Positions 61,320-64,000 of a DNA stretch of 64,000 nt are shown one piece after another. This DNA comes from Desulfomonilia bacterium. GTDB lineage: Bacteria > Desulfobacterota > Desulfomonilia > UBA1062. The number at the start of each line of letters is the position of its first letter. Within the stretch, counting starts at the first letter, position 1. The DNA lies in contig JBEKDT010000004.1 in NCBI GenBank assembly GCA_050014195.1, positions 128,001-192,000 of the forward strand, given 5' to 3'. A program made the translations under genes and the position numbers. The notes under the pieces are model-generated. The model saw only the letters and a list, made by a program, of their open reading frames with translations, was not told the DNA's origin and searched no databases.

Positions 61320-62474
61320 ATGCGTTTCGAGTTCGCCACTGCTGAGAGGATCATCTTCGGCCCGGGCAGCATCAATGAGATCATCGATGCCGCCTCTTCC
61401 ATGGGGAAAAGGTGCCTGGTCGTCACCGGAAAGAAGGGGCTCAGGTGGTCGCAACTGCTCGACAGGCTCAGAAACAGATACGTCACCCCCATTCTCTATT
61501 CCGTCCCTAAAGAACCAACGACGCAAACGGTTATGCAGGGGGTTTTGGCTGCACGCGAGAATGCATGCGACTGCGTCATCGCCATAGGAGGCGGCAGTGT
61601 CATAGACTCGGGCAAGGCCATAGCAGCACTTCTAACGAATACGGGTGAGCTCTCTGACTACCTTGAGGTCGTGGGCAAGGCCATGCCGCTCACAAGGCCG
61701 CCGGCACCGTACATTGCAGTTCCAACGACAGCCGGCACCGGCAGCGAGGTGACGAAAAATGCGGTCATCATCTCCGAAGAGCATGGGGTAAAAGTGAGTT
61801 TGCGCTCCGCCTTCTTGCTTCCGCGCCTGGTCATAGTGGACCCTGAACTCACCCATTCACTATCCCCTGAGGTCACTGCAAGCACCGGCCTTGATGCCCT
61901 TACACAACTTCTGGAATCCTATGTCTCAAACAGTGCGAACCCCCTGACCGACAGTATCTGCCGGGAAGGTCTTGAGCGGGCATCAAGGTCCCTCAAGGCA
62001 GCATATGAGGACGGCAGCAATGCAGCGGCCCGGGAAGACATGGCACTGGCGAGCCTCTTCAGCGGGATTGCCCTGGCCAATGCAAAGCTCGGGGCGGTCC
62101 ACGGATTTGCAGCGGCAGCAGGAGGCCAGTGCCGGTCACCCCACGGACTCATCTGTGCAAGCCTCCTGCCGCACGTGGTGGAGATGAACGTGCAGGCCCT
62201 TAAAAATCGCGCCCCCGACGCTTATGCACTCAAGCGCTTTGATGAGGTGGCACAAATCATCACCGGGATAACATACGCCCGGGCGGGAGATGCGATTGAC
62301 TGGATCCATGAGCTCTGTTCCCATATGAAGGTACCGACGCTTTCATTCATTGGGATCCGTCAGGAGCACTTCTCGGGAATCGTTGCCAAGGCCCGGCGCG
62401 CAAGCAGCATGAAAGGCAACCCCATCGTGCTTACGGATGAGGAGCTTATGGCAATATTGGAAAAGGCGAGTTGA
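61320..62474 (+). CDS. Iron-containing alcohol dehydrogenase
   Basis: GGGSVID, PTTAGTGSEVT, DALTQLLE, GAVHG, HG. Confidence 0.93.
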   Translation: MRFEFATAERIIFGPGSINEIIDAASSMGKRCLVVTGKKGLRWSQLLDRLRNRYVTPILYSVPKEPTTQTVMQGVLAARENACDCVIAIGGGSVIDSGKAIAALLTNTGELSDYLEVVGKAMPLTRPPAPYIAVPTTAGTGSEVTKNAVIISEEHGVKVSLRSAFLLPRLVIVDPELTHSLSPEVTASTGLDALTQLLESYVSNSANPLTDSICREGLERASRSLKAAYEDGSNAAAREDMALASLFSGIALANAKLGAVHGFAAAAGGQCRSPHGLICASLLPHVVEMNVQALKNRAPDAYALKRFDEVAQIITGITYARAGDAIDWIHELCSHMKVPTLSFIGIRQEHFSGIVAKARRASSMKGNPIVLTDEELMAILEKAS

Positions 62475-62501
62475 ACGGTTATAAGAATTACGTACCGGGA
62501 A

Positions 62502-62560
62502 CAGGATTCCAGGTGCCGGGTTAAAGAAGACTATTCCTCGACCCGGAGCCTGAAGCCTTC
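62502..62560. terminator. Imperfect hairpin between convergent genes
   Basis: caggtgccgggtt ... gacccggagcctg inverted arms. Confidence 0.4.
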
Positions 62561-62626
62561 CTGGTTACTGAAAAAGGACACCTTAACCTGACGGCCTAAA
62601 AACAAGAATTCAATAGTCTGAAGAAG

Positions 62627-62812
62627 CTACTTCTCAGACTCATCGGCAACAAGCTGATCGGCATTCCGGATAAGCCTGGCAAGCGAATCGATTTTCTCCT
62701 CCAGTCTGTCGATTGTGACCTGCTGCTTGTATATCACGTCATTGAGTTTCTGAATCGTGTCTTCATGATAGGCCACCATGGTTTCCAGTGCAGTAAATCT
62801 CTTATCACTCAT
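62627..62812 (-). CDS. slyX: SlyX-family protein
   Basis: LETMVAYHEDTIQKLNDVIYKQQVTIDRL. Confidence 0.85.
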   Translation of the reverse strand: MSDKRFTALETMVAYHEDTIQKLNDVIYKQQVTIDRLEEKIDSLARLIRNADQLVADESEK

Positions 62813-62995
62813 ACTTCCCCCAATAGTGCCCTCTCATTCTCTTTCTCTGCCGTTTAGTTAACAATATATGCGGCTCGCTCAAGGAATCAACCTTTCGGAT
62901 AGAAAAAATGTATTGATCTCCGATGATCTCTGTGATGCATTTGGGGGCATTCATCCTTCTCGTCTACTCTAGCAGGAGCGAAGGCCCGCTGAGTA

Positions 62996-63496
62996 TCAAT
63001 CTTTGTCAGGGGCACCCTTCCCCATATATCCACCCGGCCTTTTCCTGATGCTATGGATAGTATGGGCATGGGCCACCTTCTCACCCGATTCATTGAAAAT
63101 ATCCGCCTCCAGAACGGCGGAATTCCTGCCCCGTGAAAGAATTCTGCCTTCCGCACGCAATAACCCTTTCGCAGCAGGCTTCAGATAGCTTACGTCAAGG
63201 TGCTGGGTCATGGCATACTCATCCCGATGAAGCGCCACGGTAAGAGATATCCCGCAGGCGGAATCGGCAAGGGAGGCAATGGCACCGCCATGGGTGTTCC
63301 CGTATAGGTTTGTATGCTGATCCTCAGATTTCATTATCATGATACATCCGTGCTGCGTGAACCCTATCACCTGCATCTGTACATGGCGATAGTAGGGAGA
63401 GCTGTTGACAAGCTCTCTCACCTTTTCCATGGAATCGGCTCGTCCCTCGGGTGTATCCATATCCTCATTCATCTCTCTCATCAATAAAGTCTCCAT
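62996..63496 (-). CDS. PaaI-family hotdog thioesterase
   Basis: NLYGNTHGGAIASLAD, VSYLKPA. Confidence 0.88.
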   Translation of the reverse strand: METLLMREMNEDMDTPEGRADSMEKVRELVNSSPYYRHVQMQVIGFTQHGCIMIMKSEDQHTNLYGNTHGGAIASLADSACGISLTVALHRDEYAMTQHLDVSYLKPAAKGLLRAEGRILSRGRNSAVLEADIFNESGEKVAHAHTIHSIRKRPGGYMGKGAPDKD

Positions 63497-63705
63497 TCAT
63501 ACGTAGATAACCATGTGCGTAAACTTGGCAAGCCTTGACGTGCACCAGGTGTACCTTGCATTGAACCATGGTTCGATACCTTAATGGCAGGCATCTTTTG
63601 GGGGTCCTAAAAAAAATCAAGAACCCTTTGGGGTAAGCACGATACCGGCATAACGGCTCAAGGAGGAAACGCCATTTATGCAGCAGTCCTTTCAGATGAG
63701 AAAGG

Positions 63706-64000
63706 TCAGACGACTACTACCGAATTTTCACTGTTCCCGTAAGGGCTTTTTACGTATTTGTCTGCGCAGTCGTCATTCTCCCAGGTAGAGCCGTTGAGCA
63801 GGTAGCGGTATTGATATTCTCTGCCCTTCTCGAGGTTGATACTCAGATTGAACGAACCGTCCTTTTGGAGTTTCATAGGGTGCGAGTTGGCATCCCAACC
63901 ATTAAATTCCCCCACAATATAGACAGAGCCTGCCGATCCGGCAATGTCTTTGGGGAGAGTAAAGGTAACCTTGCACACCGATTTGGTTTTCAAATACTGT
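63706..64000 (-). CDS. Isoamylase early-set / CBM48-like protein (5' end probably outside window)
   Basis: QYLKTKSVCKVTF, VGEFNGW, EYQYRYL..WEND..AD.Y; frame is open at the window edge. Confidence 0.85.
   Translation of the reverse strand, partial: QYLKTKSVCKVTFTLPKDIAGSAGSVYIVGEFNGWDANSHPMKLQKDGSFNLSINLEKGREYQYRYLLNGSTWENDDCADKYVKSPYGNSENSVVVV

Noticed and set aside
63563-63574. Perfect palindrome GAACCATGGTTC upstream of the thioesterase
   Set aside because: Single 12-bp instance with no regulator to assign.

Overview
This looks like a GC-rich bacterial chromosome segment; gene content (recBC, acetate-CoA ligases, GlpC-like Fe-S protein, arn operon) suggests a Desulfobacterota/deltaproteobacterium, which is an inference. 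Bases 1-6.8 kb hold recB (runs off the left edge) and recC. Bases ~6.9-25.3 kb are an accessory region between the 5' end of recC and the 3' end of an enoyl-CoA hydratase gene. It contains three type II TA modules, a secreted adhesin/partner/Zn-phospholipase C-like trio, an AT-rich class III nucleotide cyclase + radical SAM pair, and a DNA methyltransferase-HerA-NurA-radical SAM operon. No integrase, transposase or tRNA is visible. The region instead carries diverged extra copies of both flanking core-gene ends: two of the recC start, and one clear plus one weak copy of the hydratase stop. Each abuts a short REP-like motif, as if alternative alleles of the same locus were stacked in tandem. 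Bases 25-64 kb are mostly metabolic and housekeeping genes: acyl-CoA metabolism, HtpG, EmrAB-type efflux, L-Ara4N genes, dodecins and an Fe-ADH. They also include a probable UGA/Sec AhpC-TSA selenoprotein, a NifS-like protein lacking its catalytic Cys, two paralogous small Zn-ribbon-like proteins, and many dispersed palindromic repeats; a related palindrome family is also inserted in-frame in recB and recC.
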